NCBI GenBank assembly: GCA_002269645.1
Contig: NIVC01001024.1
Coordinates: 1 to 64,000 of the forward strand
Direction: 5' to 3'
Origin: Macrostomum lignano
Lineage: Eukaryota
DNA length: 64,000 nt
In this document: piece after piece, positions 12,308 through 24,240 of the stretch
Position numbering within the stretch: the stretch's first letter is position 1
Layout: each line of letters opens with the position of its first letter
Made by a program: the position numbers and the translations under genes
The notes under the pieces: generated by a model
Databases searched by the model: none
What the model was told of the DNA's origin: nothing
What the model saw: only the letters and a program-made list of their open reading frames with translations

Positions 12308-13404
12308 TCATTCGCTCAGTAGGTCGAAGAAATCGCGAATCTCGGTCTCGGACATGCTGGCACTGGCGAGGGCCAGAGCTCGCAGGGTCCCATGGAACAT
12401 GTAGTTTGGAGCGCTCACTCGCATCCCGAAGAGCATGCACATGTTGCTGATAGAAATGCTCGCTACGTTTAGTTTACTAATGCTCGCTCTGGACAAGAAA
12501 GAATTTCCCAAGAACATGTCCATCGAGTCGCCAGAGGCGGTAGTTGTGAACCCGATATTCACCCAGTCGTCAGCTCCAGCAGACAGGGTGTCTACAAGTG
12601 TCTGGTGACTTTGCAGCAGAGTTCCGGTGACGTCACCCAGTCGAACGAAGGCTTGTCTTGGAGCAGAATACTCCCAAAAGTGAGCAGAGTACACCACGGC
12701 CTGTCCCAAGGTGCTGCAGTCGTTGAACTCAAAGTATGGCTGCTGTCTGGGCTGCCGTTTGATCCTGAGCAGCCAGGTGAGGCCAGTGGTGAAGCTTATG
12801 TCGGTCTTGTTTAACTGGGCGAAGGCGCTCACTCCGTCGAACACGGCGCCGTCGCTGCTCCACACAACGCCCACCGGATGCAGCCGGTTCGTGTCCCGGT
12901 CAGCCTGGCACACCAGGTTCTCCAGTCTGCTCACGCCGTCTGCCAGCCACACGTTGTTGAGCTTGGCGTTCATCGATCGATGATTGATTGGAAATCGGTA
13001 AAACACGGCGCAGCTGGCCGACTGTCCGGAGATCAGAGCTCGGCACACGGATTGGAAATCGAACACGGAGCAGGTTCGGGAGAGCTTGTCGAACTGGGCC
13101 ACCAGAGCTCCTGTGGGCGCCTTCTCGGAGGCCGTCATGACGCAGTGAGTCTCCCTGGTCGCCACGAACCGGAGGAAGGCGGCCGCGGCGCTGGCGCTCT
13201 CGGGAGCGCACTGCACGTCCGCCAGCCTCCACATGGTTCCGGAGGTCGCTGCTATCATTGTCGTGAGAACAATAATGGCTTTGGAAATCAGCTGTGAGCC
13301 TGCAGGAGCGAATGAGGAGGGTGAAATATCGGAATTTTATTTCAGCAATACAGTAGTTGAGAATACTGTTAGCACTAACCTGCTAGTAGGTTGCTGCCTG
13401 ACAT
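12308..13404 (-). CDS. Secreted protein, weak PAN-like N-terminus plus LamG/concanavalin-A-like domain; predicted 2 exons (13404-13380, 13299-12308), about 338 aa
   Basis: 316-aa ORF extended by hand: ATG at 13404, phase-1 donor GTTAGT, 80-nt intron, acceptor CCTGCAG, giving signal-peptide-like MSGSNLLAGSQLISKAIIVLTTMIAATSG. C-terminus FHGTLRALAL...MSETEIRDFF has the LamG/pentraxin-like pattern also seen in 27468-28556. Confidence 0.7.
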
Positions 13405-13876
13405 GGTCCAGTACATCTGGAGTATAAGGTAGGTTTGGTTGTTATTTTTTCAAGCCAGGCTGCTTGCTTGTCCTCTTAATATGCATTGATTCCCGCAGCA
13501 CTATTGGTCAGAAGCAACTTTAAACAATCGAATGAGAATTTTCACTGGCTCAGGAAATACTTCGCCCGTCCAGTCAGAATTCTGTGTGTAGCACAATAAG
13601 AACGAGATTTGAAGTCATACTTGCTTTAGAAAGAGAAGTTATTGTTGAAGTAAAGCGAAGTAAAGAAAGAGAGTTATCATATAGCTTTGCATGTAAGCGC
13701 TTCGATTAATCTTCGATTGTTTTTTTAATTATGTCAGGGCATCAAGGGGTGCATAACTGCACAGTTTTACGTTGGGGAAATTCTTAACGGCACTTTGATA
13801 ACCATGAGCTGCAATCCGACGCCTGTTTCCTGATAGACATTGACTGTTTCCGGTAAATAACTGTGGATTCAATTGG

Positions 13877-13995
13877 CAGAGAGACAGAGACAGAGTCAGA
13901 GAGTGACAGTGAATGCCAGAATAGGAGAAGTGACAGTGTCAGAGAGTGACAGTGAGAGTGACAGTGAGAGTGACAGCGTGAGACAGAGAGTGACC
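13877..13995. repeat. (GAGAGTGACAGT)n-type microsatellite
   Basis: Read directly. Confidence 0.85.
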
Positions 13996-14189
13996 ACCTG
14001 AAAAATATTACTGAAATGTTACTGAAGTCGCTGAAGCATCTCAGGCAGCTACTGAAGAGTCTGAAAAACTCCAACTGCCTCCCAAATCCATTCTTGTCAC
14101 CGTGGATCATTCTTCCAGCGAGAAAAAATCGCTGTGGTTTCATTCGACTCTCAAGAGGTCGGCAAGGTACCCGGCAGCTCAAAATCATC

Positions 14190-14340
14190 GCTGAAGATCT
14201 ACAGCTGATGATCGTTGACATGTGCGGAGTCAAGCAGTCCCGAGTCGGTTTCTTTGACCTGGAAGATGACGTATAGATGCTGCGCTGTATCGCCGGAGAC
14301 TCTGACAAGCTGTTTATTCTCGCAAGTCAGTAGCGGCTTT
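14190..14340 (+). pseudogene. Diverged fragment of the B-box-like/propeller gene family
   Basis: Translates CGVKQSRVGFFDLEDDV*MLRCIAGDSDKLFILA, matching SGALKSRICITELHEGATELWCIAGNCDKLFAL of 45684-47690; contains an in-frame stop. Confidence 0.65.
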
Positions 14341-14659
14341 GGAACGCCCTACTTCGGTGCTGCAGTCAAAGTTCCATTCCGGAAAGGCAAATGCAAGCCG
14401 GCATAGAAAATACCCCAGATGCTTCAGTCATCGATGTTCAGCAAAACTACTCTCTGTACGGTAGTATGCGCGTAAAAAGCAACATTTTTTATTCAACTAT
14501 CTGTGACTACTTGTCCAAGCTTGGCTATACTCGTAGATAAAAGAATTGACAGCGAAAAAGTTGCGGGCGTGAGACAGGATCAGCTCTTCCTGGACAAAAT
14601 TTTATCTGTCTTAAGAATTAGCGTTTCAGTTATCATTTACGAGTGGATTTGTGTGTCTC

Positions 14660-15070
14660 TGCGCTTTTTTTCTGCGCCAGAAGGGAGCAACGCAGGCACA
14701 CGAAATTCAAAAACACTGGTTAACTTTTTGTTGCGCACTTTCTCGAACAAGAATCAAGTCGCCAGCTCTCAGGACCGTCGAGATATTCAACAATTCTGAC
14801 AGAATGTCTGAGTTTCCTAATGAGTGCTAGTGCATTCAGCTCACCTCAATACGCCAATCAGCATTGCGCCTCAGTGCATGCAGCCTTGCCAAGCCTCCGA
14901 GGCACGTTGATGAAATTTGTCTGTATCAGCTCTGACTTTGTGAATCTTCAACCTGGCCTTCACCCAGGCACGAGCTTCTAGACCTTCAACAGGTGGCACC
15001 AGGTGGCAAATGACGTCTGATGACGCTGATCAAGCCTCGACAGTGGGCAAACCTCAACTGCTCAACTTCA
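14660..15070 (+). repeat. Dispersed repeat, inverted homolog of 8940-9335
   Basis: See 8940-9335. Confidence 0.8.
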
Positions 15071-15339
15071 ATTCCCTCCTTGGTAGTTTGACGAAGCGGA
15101 AAAAACCTACTTTTAAGCTATTTATTGCCTGGACTGTGAACGCGTAGTAGAATAGCGACTTTGGCTTCGAGTATCACACGAATTGTACTGAAAACCGTCT
15201 GCAGCTTGGCGATTCCATTTAGTTGGCTCATAGCAGCAAAGTACATTCTTGTCGAATATTGTACAGTTTAGAATCCGAATAAGCTAGCGTTCGGCTTATA
15301 TGAAGCCTGTATGAAGCCTGAAAAAAGAGCCTGAAAAAT

Positions 15340-15560
15340 CGACAGCTGATCATCGCCGACATGCGGGGCGTCGAGCAGTCTCGAGTCGGCGTCTCCGACT
15401 TGCAAGAGGACGTGCAGGAGCTGCGCTGCATCGCTGGAGACTCTGACAAGCTGTTCATCCTCGCCGAGCGACCTGATGGCAAGCCAGTGATTTTCGGACA
15501 GTCCAAGAAGTCCAGCTGAAGCTCTTTGTGACCGCCATCGACAAGGCGGGCGCCAGGCCT
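15340..15560 (+). pseudogene. Second diverged fragment of the B-box-like/propeller gene family
   Basis: ADMRGVEQSRVGVSDLQEDVQELRCIAGDSDKLFILAERPDGKPVIFG aligns to the WCIAGNCDKLFAL..DG...IVG block of the intact paralogs. Confidence 0.65.
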
Positions 15561-16919
15561 TGAATTTCTGTCAGGGATCGCATGCTGTTCGTTGATGACG
15601 GTGAGAATCTGCACACTGTGTGCTCCATCACTGTGATGCTGCTATCGGCAGTTTCTCACGGGAGGGCTGCAATTTTTGTCTAAGAATAAAAACTTTTGGG
15701 GGGTAATTGTGTTCCTGGATACTTTTCAACAATGGGTGCGATGGTACACTGTAATGTGTGTTTGCGGTCTGAATAGGATGCATCGTTCATTTCGCAGTGA
15801 CAGTCAGATTGATAAGTCAAAAATGGCTCTTTTTTGATCAAGGAGAACTTAACTTCTATTTCTGTACTTGATTACTTGCCAGAAACAAATTAGCGACATT
15901 GTCGTAAGCTTTTTGTGCTAGTAGTTGACTCCTCGTATATACTAGCGCTGAGTGTTTTGCGGTAAACGTTGTAACTCATTCAGTAGTTAAAGTAATATTT
16001 TTCTATCTTATTTTTGCCTTTAAATATCTATGCTCGTATTTCAGCCAATAAAATATAGTTTCTTTGCGACGAGCACCTAAAGCTCCCGGCTACAATTAGC
16101 CAATGCCTGACCCTACCCTAATTATAGACCTTACGCTGCGACCACTAAGGTGGAGCATCATGAGTATTGGTGGTATTTGTCTATTGACGTGAAAAACGGA
16201 AAACTATATTTCATATCTTTAGGTGACGTCATGATGTCATTAATATAATGTACAATGACATCAAGGTTGCGCTTGTAAGCTACTTCCGTTTTTGCTCTAA
16301 GATTAACAGTGTCAGTAAAATTTATGAGTTCAAGCCAGTTTTTTGGTGTCTTCATTAGAGGACGGAAAATTCTATTTATTTAACTGTAACCATTTATTGC
16401 TTCATAATTAGTTAAAACGTTGAAAACAAAGGATTTGTCAACAGGAAAATTTTTTGTTTAACTATGAGCTCTATTTCATTGAAGTGCGAAGAGAAAATTT
16501 TACAGTCTGTGAATCGCAAACTCACTGGGCCAAATTTTGTGCACACAAGCGCCAAATGAATGCGGCCCCTCACGGTGGGAATCGAACCAGGGTTCGTTGC
16601 CCAAGTGTCTTTAAAAAGTAACTTTAATTTTGCACCTTTTTACTTTGTGCACCTTTTTACTTTTTACTTTTTACTTACTTTACTTTACTTTGTACTTCAT
16701 TAGTAACTTGAGTTAATACAGCACCAACAACTTTATTATTTGTTAGACGATTTCTGATTCCCTTCTCACTATTGTACACGTATTTCGTATACTAGCTTCT
16801 GTGAAATTTCATGCAGTTGCTTTCATTGGGGCTATAAAAAAGCAGAAAGCTAAGCCTCCCCCCAGTTTCTCATAGCGTGTAGGTAAGACCAGTCATTAAG
16901 GCCCGGGCAGCTGCAACAG

Positions 16920-16920
<1 letters not shown>

Positions 16921-16979
<59 letters not shown>
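16921..16979. repeat. (CT)n microsatellite
   Basis: Read directly. Confidence 0.97.
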
Positions 16980-16981
<2 letters not shown>

Positions 16982-17147
16982 AGATCTGTCCTCACCTGTC
17001 TACACCAGAATGAATTCCGCCATTTCCCCTGTGGCGACTTTAAATTGTCATCGCTGGCCAAATAAACGGATAATTGCTATTTGTTCAATTATAATGCGGC
17101 AATTATAACATCTTATTGCTGATCCTCTGAAGCCATGTTGTATCATA

Positions 17148-17385
17148 GGGTAGGGGTTGTAGCTTAGTTAGTGGCTGGAGCGTCGGACTCACTACTTGAA
17201 GGTAGGGGGTTTGATTCCTGATCTCACTGGAACAATTTGTATCCTTGAGCAAGACACTTAACTCTGCATTGCTTCAGTTCACCCAGCTGTAAAATGGATG
17301 CCAGCATTAGCTGGGGAAATTGAGTGTGCGGCAACCCTCCCCCCTCAGTCCTTGGATCCTTGGACTGAACAGCCGTACGCAGCCG
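17148..17385 (+). mobile_element. tRNA-derived SINE with CORE-like central domain
   Basis: A-box-like TAGCTTAGTTAG and B-box-like GGTTTGATTCC, then CCTTGAGCAAGACACTTAAC...CAGTTCACCCAGCTGTAAAATGG resembling the MIR/CORE domain; second copy at 18648-18875 on the minus strand. Confidence 0.8.
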
Positions 17386-17806
17386 TCAGGTGCGCCGCGC
17401 AATAGCTGCGGCTGAGCTGTCAGTTGCACATCTAGCCGTATTGGGAAGGTATAATCAATTGTTATAACTATTATATCGAAAGCCATATTTCGGACAGTTT
17501 TTTTCCGGAGTGTCACTCTATCAGGTAATAGCCCGCCCTGCTCACTGGATTAAAATCATTTTGAATTTACCCTCCCCACTCGCCTGGAAAATTCCTGTCA
17601 TGCCACCCACCTGCTGCCAGCACCGACACTCTTTAATTGATTATTAAATAATTCACAGAATTGAGCCAGCGCCTCTCGTAAAACTCTGCTACCCCTGCTT
17701 ATTGGACCAACTGCAGTTCTTTAAAATTATCTTTTATAACCAAGCGCTGGCCCTTTTTCCAGTTGCGACTCAGTCTCAAATAGAAGAAAAACGAAACACG
17801 TTCGTC

Positions 17807-19354
17807 ATGCATTGCAGCATCGAAGTGAATCTTCTAGCGGCGGTGCTGCTCTGCCTGACGCCCGAATCGATGTCGCTCGGCAGCAGGCGAGTCAAGCACA
17901 CCTATCTGGGCTGCTTCCGCGACATGACCATGAAGAAGGCGTACGATGTAGCCAGGATCGACTCGATCAGCGTCACCAGCTATGACTTTGCTGTATTGAA
18001 CATGCAGATGACTCACGAGCTCTGCATTGCCATCTGCAGCATGCTGGGGACTCCCTACTGCGGTTTGCAGGCTGTTTCGTGGTGCTTTTGCGGTGACAGC
18101 TACGGCTCGCAGGGCCAGCTGTCTGATCCGTCCTGCCACCAGAGCTGCGGCGGCAATGCGGCGCAGAAGTGCGGCGCACATGGCCTGAACTCAGTGTTCA
18201 AGCTGGACTACCTGGGTGAGACCTATGTGCTCAGCTGGACTGGGTTGTATTATGTAGATTTCAAATCGCTTATATGAGCGTATAGAAGACCCAACGCTAA
18301 GAAAAAGTTGGCAAGGTTAGTACCCAGCTGAATGAAATAAACTGATTAATGCCTCTGTAGAGAATGAAGAAATAAATATGGCTTAGGAGTATACATAGCA
18401 TGGCGGTGGTTTGCTTCGGAGGTATCCGTAAGGTTTTTCAATGTTCGGTTAGTCCGAGTAAAGAGCTTGATTCTGACAGAGTACCTGGTGTATATTTATT
18501 TGTACGAGCGTTACGCCGCGTCTGAAATTTTCTACGATTATAACAAAAATACGGTATTCTATTACGAACAGTATTATATTATTAATGTAGCAAATAGTTA
18601 AACTGTGAAGAATACTTAGTCTATGTACAGAAATATTTCGTGAGGAAGGCTGCGTACGGCTGTTCAGTCCAATGACTGGGGGTCGCCACACACCCTCAAT
18701 TACCCCCAGCTAATGCTGGCACCCATTTTACAGCTGGGTGAACTGAAAAATGCAGAGTTAAGTGTCTGGCTCAAGGACACAAATTGTTCCAGTTTAATCG
18801 AGAATCGAACCCACGACCTTAAAGTAGTGAGTCAGACGCTCCAACTACTAGGGTACAACCCCTCAGATGGTCTCTTAGTGCGAAGATTCAATTTTGAGGT
18901 ACAAAGAAATAATTTATTACTATTTACGGAAAGTTCTGGAGGACTTTACAGTCACATATGGAAACTTCTAAGCGCTGCTGAATATAGAATGGTGCCACAT
19001 ATTAATTATATAGGTAGCCACACTGAATGATTGAAAGTTTGGGAGTTGTCAATCCCAACAGTCTCAGCAATTGTACAAAAGGCACGCAATGGCCTCCATA
19101 ACACAATCGCAGAGCCGCACAAGTTCTCCCCTGGCAACCGAACTTACGCGGCCATGGACAAGGCCGCGGCGCCAGCTTACAAAACGGTCTCCAATGCCAG
19201 AAGCCTGATCCAGTGCACCGGACTGTGCGATCAGTCCGCCTGTCAGGCTGTGGTCTACTCGAAGGAGCTGGGCCTCTGCCATCTGCTGGATTTCCCGGCT
19301 CTGCCCGCCAGTCTGACCTCAGAGTCCGCTGGCAGGTTTTACCTTCGCCGATAA
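17807..19354 (+). CDS. Secreted WSC-domain + PAN/Apple-like protein; predicted 2 exons (17807-18215 and 19062- or 19068-19354)
   Basis: Signal-like MHCSIEVNLLAAVLLCL; WSC motifs YLGCFRD, MTHELC...C, YCGLQ...CFCG, C...C.G.....CG. Phase-1 donor GTGAG at 18216 is in phase with AG acceptors at 19061/19067, joining an exon with C...C...C..VVY.....LC (PAN-like). The splice is inferred. Confidence 0.75.
18648..18875 (-). mobile_element. tRNA-derived CORE-like SINE, inverted relative to 17148-17385
   Basis: Reverse complement reads GGGGTTGTACCCTAG...GGTTCGATTCT...GTCCTTGAGCCAGACACTTAAC...CCCAGCTGTAAAATGGG...TGGACTGAACAGCCGTACGCAGCC. Confidence 0.8.
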
Positions 19355-19689
19355 ACAGAAGAGGCCTGTTTTTCGAAAACGGCAGATAAAATGCAAACAG
19401 AAAAGTGCACGAGTTAGGCAACATGGTAAAATTTTATCGCTCGATAAAGATCAAGGTAGTTTTCACGTTTTATAGCGATTTTAATGAAGATTTATAAGTG
19501 ACACAATAGTGAACGTTTGAAAAAATAAATACCATTATAACAATTCTATGATGAATGCTGCTCCTACTAAAAATTTGTCTGTTTCTGTCTGTCCGTGTTG
19601 AATATTTTCAACTCCCGGCTTGCACCAGCCCTATTCAAGTGTTGCTCATGGACAACTAAAGCACCAAGGACTACTCGAGTAGAAGTTAG

Positions 19690-19880
19690 GGAAACTGTTT
19701 CTTTGAAAATTTTAGAAGGCAGGTTTTACCGAAAAAATCATTACGGGGAATGGAGGTTTTCTTTTTTCAAAACAAAGTTCTTTATTGCTTTTGATAGGAG
19801 GCTGACCCAATGTTAAACTTTTGATATGACTTGCCTTGGTTATAGCTCTATTGATATTCATAGAGCTTTTCGTTTAGAAA
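19690..19880 (+). repeat. AT-rich dispersed repeat, homolog of ~24310-24520
   Basis: Shared TGCTTTTGATAGGAGGC...TTTTGATATG...GCTCTAT(T/C)GATATT..AGCTTTT. Confidence 0.6.
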
Positions 19881-20579
19881 ATTAGAATTCTTAGGCTTTC
19901 TGAAAAAGAAAACCTTCATTCTCTGCAATATATATTCTAACAAACGTAGTAGCTTGTCCTTCTACTTGAGAAGTCCTTGCTAAAGTACTCGTAGGTAAAA
20001 GGACGAAAAATGCGCTAGGAAGGCAAAAAATCTGTTTAGTCGTTCAGTATCTTCCCAGGTTGCAGATTTCTCGGTTAGAGAAGCAGCTGAATGCAGCATT
20101 GCCATTCTTCAATAATCTTGTTCTTAAAAGTTCAGCTTGATGAACTCGAATCAAACTCTTCCCTCTCCGTTTGCAATTTCTGATGCTCAGATTGCGAGAC
20201 AAGTTGCCAATTTAGTGCTAGGAACTGCGTCCTCTGGTTTATAATTAATTTTAAGCCATCTATACTAATTACGGAACAAAACCAGATTAAATACTATATG
20301 CCCACCTCGGCGCGTCTCGGTTCGCACCTGGCAACTAAATACGACGTTATCGCCTGAGTGTTCCATATATTGCTTGTTTTCTTCTAGGTCTATTTTGCTG
20401 AGGGCCAGTCGGGACTCGGAGCGCCCTTCAACCAGCACCGCTGGAACTGGTGTTACAAATGCCAGCAATTGTCTTTTTATCATAAAAATTCAGTAAGTTA
20501 CGATTTAACAGCCACCTGCTAGAAGGCAACCTGTCAGCTAGTGTCATTCTCTGCAGGTCTCTGTGGTACACTTAGCTCA

Positions 20580-21650
20580 AGGTGGTATTGAAGGTACCAT
20601 CAGGTAGTCATCAAAGGTACCGTTGGGTATTGAAGCTACCGTTTTTTTTAGAGGCAGGGGGGTTGTGTGCACCCTGGCGCAATTTAAGCGTCATAGGCAC
20701 ACAACCGGCGAGAGGCATTACTGCCCATTCCGCCGACTCCCCTGAGCAGGCATACAAGCGCGCGGATACGTTACGCAGGCACACACTCACACAGGAGTGT
20801 ACAGCGGCCCTAACTTTTATCAATTGTTAGGCATGTACACTTCACTGCGCCTTGGGGGGTTGGCTCTCAAGGCCGTTAATTGCACAAGCGAGCCAAGCCA
20901 AGATTCCAATCCAGCCCCAAATTAATGTGGCTGCACTTGGAATCGAGCCTGGGTCGCGGCACACCAGAGCAGCTGCGCTACCGCTGGGCTACGGCCCCCC
21001 GAAGCTACCGTTAGATAGTCATTGAAGGTATCGTGAGGTAGTCATTGAAGTGTGAGGTTGCGTTTGATTTGTGCCATCGAAGGTGAAGCTGGGCGAGATA
21101 CCTCTTATTACATACATCTCGCTTTACTCTATGCATGCCGCCATCCCAGTTGGGTGAGTCATTTTAACCTTCGTCAGTTATCGTGCAAGCCAAATATACT
21201 TAGCTCGTAGTGATTTGACTCTAAATTCTCGTCTCTGACAGAAGATACCGTCAGGTAAGTCATATAGAAGTATCTCAAAGAGACAATTAAAGATAAATTG
21301 TCTTACGCGTTCATACAACTACTTACATGTTAAAGTACAGAAAAATTGTGTTATGAATAGCATGAGCATATCAACTTTTGCTATAGAAAATATGATTTAG
21401 GCTGAGCGGCAAGGGTTGGCTTTCATACCAAACGCGAAATTTCACATCGGTCAAATCGATAAAGGTTGTAATCCGAGTGTAACTAACTAGCAATACTTGT
21501 GAAGGTTTCGAAATGACGAGCAAAAGCATGCAAGCGAATCAACCCCGCGGCAAGCAAGGACTTTGAGTTCTCGTACGTACGCTCGTACTTACCTGAAAAA
21601 AGCTATTGTAGTCTGAGTGGATGAACACCTGCTTCTCAGACTTACAAAGG
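20580..21650 (+). repeat. Dispersed repeat with TGAAGGTATCG-type subrepeats, homolog of 62720-63229, interrupted by a SINE
   Basis: Colinear matches (TACGCGTTCATACAACT, CGCGGCAAGCAAGGA, TGTAGTCTGAGTGGATGAACA). Confidence 0.75.
20642..21000 (-). mobile_element. Full-length ~360-bp tRNA-derived SINE with poly(A) tail and target-site duplication
   Basis: Minus strand starts GGGGGGCCG TAGCCCAGCGG (A box)...GGCTCGATTCC (B box) and ends CCTCT-A8; flanked by direct repeat GAAGCTACCG(TT) at 20632 and 21001. Confidence 0.88.
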
Positions 21651-21869
21651 AAGGTACTCCAAAGAGACTTTAAACCTGAGCCTGCACTAATAACTGCTCC
21701 ATTTTTAGACACGAAGTTTCTGACTGCAGGTGTTCAGCGTAGACATACCATACAATTTCATGCCAAGCATCAAGCATTAAACATTGGACCAACTGCTTGT
21801 ACTCGGAAATTTGTGTTTTCTTCGAAATTGCGAAAATGAAATATGATCAAAATTTCAGACAATTCTATC

Positions 21870-22200
21870 TTATTTTGGGTGCCCCTGTCTCTTAGTGGGT
21901 GCCGCTGTCTCTTAGTGGGTGCCCCTGTCTCTTAGTGGGTGCCCCTGTCTCTTAGTGGGTGCCCGTGTCTCTCAGTGGGTGCCCCTGTCTCTTAGTGGGC
22001 GCTTCTGTTTTATAGAAGAGTGCACTCATACCTGTCTCTTAGCCAAGTGAATGTCACGCTCAAGAGGTGACAAGGGTTGAGGTCTTCTCATTCGTCAAGT
22101 TTGGTTTGAATTGCTTAATTTTGGACCGAGAGGTTATTTATTCATTGAAGAAAAGATTTCTAATATCAACTGCGCCACAAACGCGAAGCTTCTAGATCGC
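21870..22200 (+). mobile_element. Non-autonomous element carrying a 20-bp minisatellite (GGGTGCCCCTGTCTCTTAGT); copy 1 of 3
   Basis: Array followed by a conserved tail (TGTCACG.TCAAGAGG...TCTTCTCATTCGT..AGTTTGG) also at 32820-33200 and 37530-38360. Confidence 0.7.
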
Positions 22201-22649
22201 TTTTGATGAAATCTCTAAGTCTAAATGCTAGTAAGATTCAAAATAATGATTATATTTTATTCTGTCTGGTAGCTATGCCTCACTGTATTCTAATTAAGCC
22301 CTTTAGTGGTTCATTTGGGCTAGCAGTAGAATCCAGAATCACTCAGTCACGGAGGGCACAGAAATTTAAAAAGGTCGTGTCTAACAGGGACTTAGTAGAG
22401 GCGTCTCTGTTAACAGTACACAACGCACAAAAAAAGCCATTATCGGCGTTAAGAGATCGAGACTACGACTATCATAAATGGCCTACAAAAAACATAAAAC
22501 AAAAATAAGGTCTGAGAGTTTTGCTTCGTGCGAACACAACGAGTAGTTCGAAACACTGGAATCCCTGTATATTTCTTCAGAAGATAAGAAATAGCTTGAC
22601 AGTTAAAACGGAGATTATCCAGATCCTAGTTTAGCTAAGTTCAGGGTAA

Positions 22650-24240
22650 ATCACATGTTCGACACAACAGGTTTAACTCCTGGGTTATTCCAAAGACCGA
22701 TCTCTGCAGTTGACATCAGCAAGTTGTGACAACTCGGCATCCGGGCATCAGATGAAGGGCGAGACGCACTCGCACAGAACGGTAGACGCAGTGAATGTCT
22801 CGGAACAGTCGGCCAGACGAGGTAGACCATGGAATCTGAATATAACATTTTCGACACCTCCAGAGTTGTTAGGATCAGTTTTGGCCCACAGTGCAGCGTC
22901 CACGGTGTCATTGCAGCCGACCCAGTACCAGCCGCCAGCCGGCTCCGCACTGCCTGCTGGCTGGAGGCCTCCGAGCCAGATCGACTGTCCAGAGCTGTAG
23001 TTCGAGTAGATCGAGTCCACATGGCTCATCTCCTGCTCGCTGGTCACGTCGGCCATGATGACCAGACCGCTCTCTGACTCGCACTTCTGCCTGCTCGGCC
23101 ACCACGTCCCGATGCCAGAGTACAGCCTGTACTTCACTCCGCACAGGTCCATGCCGTAGCCAGACGGACACAGCGCGCCCGCCTCGAGTCCCGGCCGCTG
23201 CTTGACGAACACCCGGCCTCTCCTAGAGCAGCCGCAGCTCCTCACCGACTTGCTGCACTTTTCGAACACGAACAGCTGGCACGGACCGTCAGCCAGGCTG
23301 AACGCCTGACAGCGCTGGTTTTGAGTGCACAGAGCGGCGCACCCGACTTCGTTGAGTACGCTTGAGTAGGTCTCAACAAACTCGCCGTTGATGCAGAGAT
23401 ATCCGTTGATGAGAACATACAGCTGCTGGTTGTCACTGCCGAGCGTGAGGCCCAGAGCCAAGTACATCGTCAAGAGAACAATGCTCATCGTCAATGCTTA
23501 TGAAACTGCGACAGTAAAATTCACTATCGAACTTCTTTCGAGTGAGTTTCAGCTCAGAATTTATGGCCTCCGATTCAAGTGCCTCTCAGCTGTATTTGAG
23601 CAGCAAACATGCACCTGTCTGTAACTGCTTAACCAGCTCCTTACTTTTTATGGCCCTTTGTGCGGCTCAAAACTATTGGCTCATCCGTTCTTCTAATTGG
23701 GAGAGGAAACTGAAGAAATCTCCTAGAATTCGAGATGCTTCTTCTGAGACTTTTAGCTTGCTCATGAGAAAACTGACAGTTTTGGGGCAGATTTTAACGA
23801 TGTTAATGTCTAAGTGCATAAATTGTCGAATCAACCAGAGTCTTTGCCACCGGGGGACATGGGAGGAAATGGGAAAAGCTGTGGGAGGAAAATACCAATG
23901 CTTTGTTCCACGCCCACTTTGTAGCCCGCTATGGAAATCAAAGATTTTTCACTTCACGGCGTCGAACTCAGTGCCTGCGGTGAGTTCGTAGCAATTAACC
24001 ATATGTGCTTGATCCATATATCTTTTTCAAATTTGGCGGAACACAATACGCGTGGATCAGACAGGAATGAAATCAGTTTCGCGATGCTGACTAATCTCAC
24101 TTGGTTATGCTTTGTACCCATGCATATGTGAATTCTATGTACTAACTTTCACTTTCAAACAAAGAAAAAAGAAGTCGACTCACAAAAATTACGAGACTTT
24201 AATACCCAAAATGAACTCGCATGATAGCTTATCATATGCA
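22650..24240. repeat. Segmental duplication unit (lectin gene plus flanks), paralogous to ~38670-40260
   Basis: Colinear high identity across the gene, its 3' flank and the upstream spacer. Confidence 0.85.
22748..23494 (-). CDS. Secreted PAN/Apple + C-type lectin domain protein (copy 1, DPN at the EPN position)
   Basis: Hydrophobic signal; C...C...C.AF......C PAN pattern; CTL motifs W..SRQKC, WLGG, WYW, W...DPNN, ENV, DC and terminal CEC. Intronless 248 aa. Confidence 0.9.
   Translation of the reverse strand: MTMSIVLLTMYLALGLTLGSDNQQLYVLINGYLCINGEFVETYSSVLNEVGCAALCTQNQRCQAFSLADGPCQLFVFEKCSKSVRSCGCSRRGRVFVKQRPGLEAGALCPSGYGMDLCGVKYRLYSGIGTWWPSRQKCESESGLVIMADVTSEQEMSHVDSIYSNYSSGQSIWLGGLQPAGSAEPAGGWYWVGCNDTVDAALWAKTDPNNSGGVENVIFRFHGLPRLADCSETFTASTVLCECVSPFI

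Noticed and set aside
20925-21000. tRNA gene
   Set aside because: A and B boxes are present but there is no proper acceptor or anticodon stem, and it continues into a body with poly(A) and TSD; it is a SINE head. The same applies to 17150-17225 and the B-box-like scrap at ~16565-16600.
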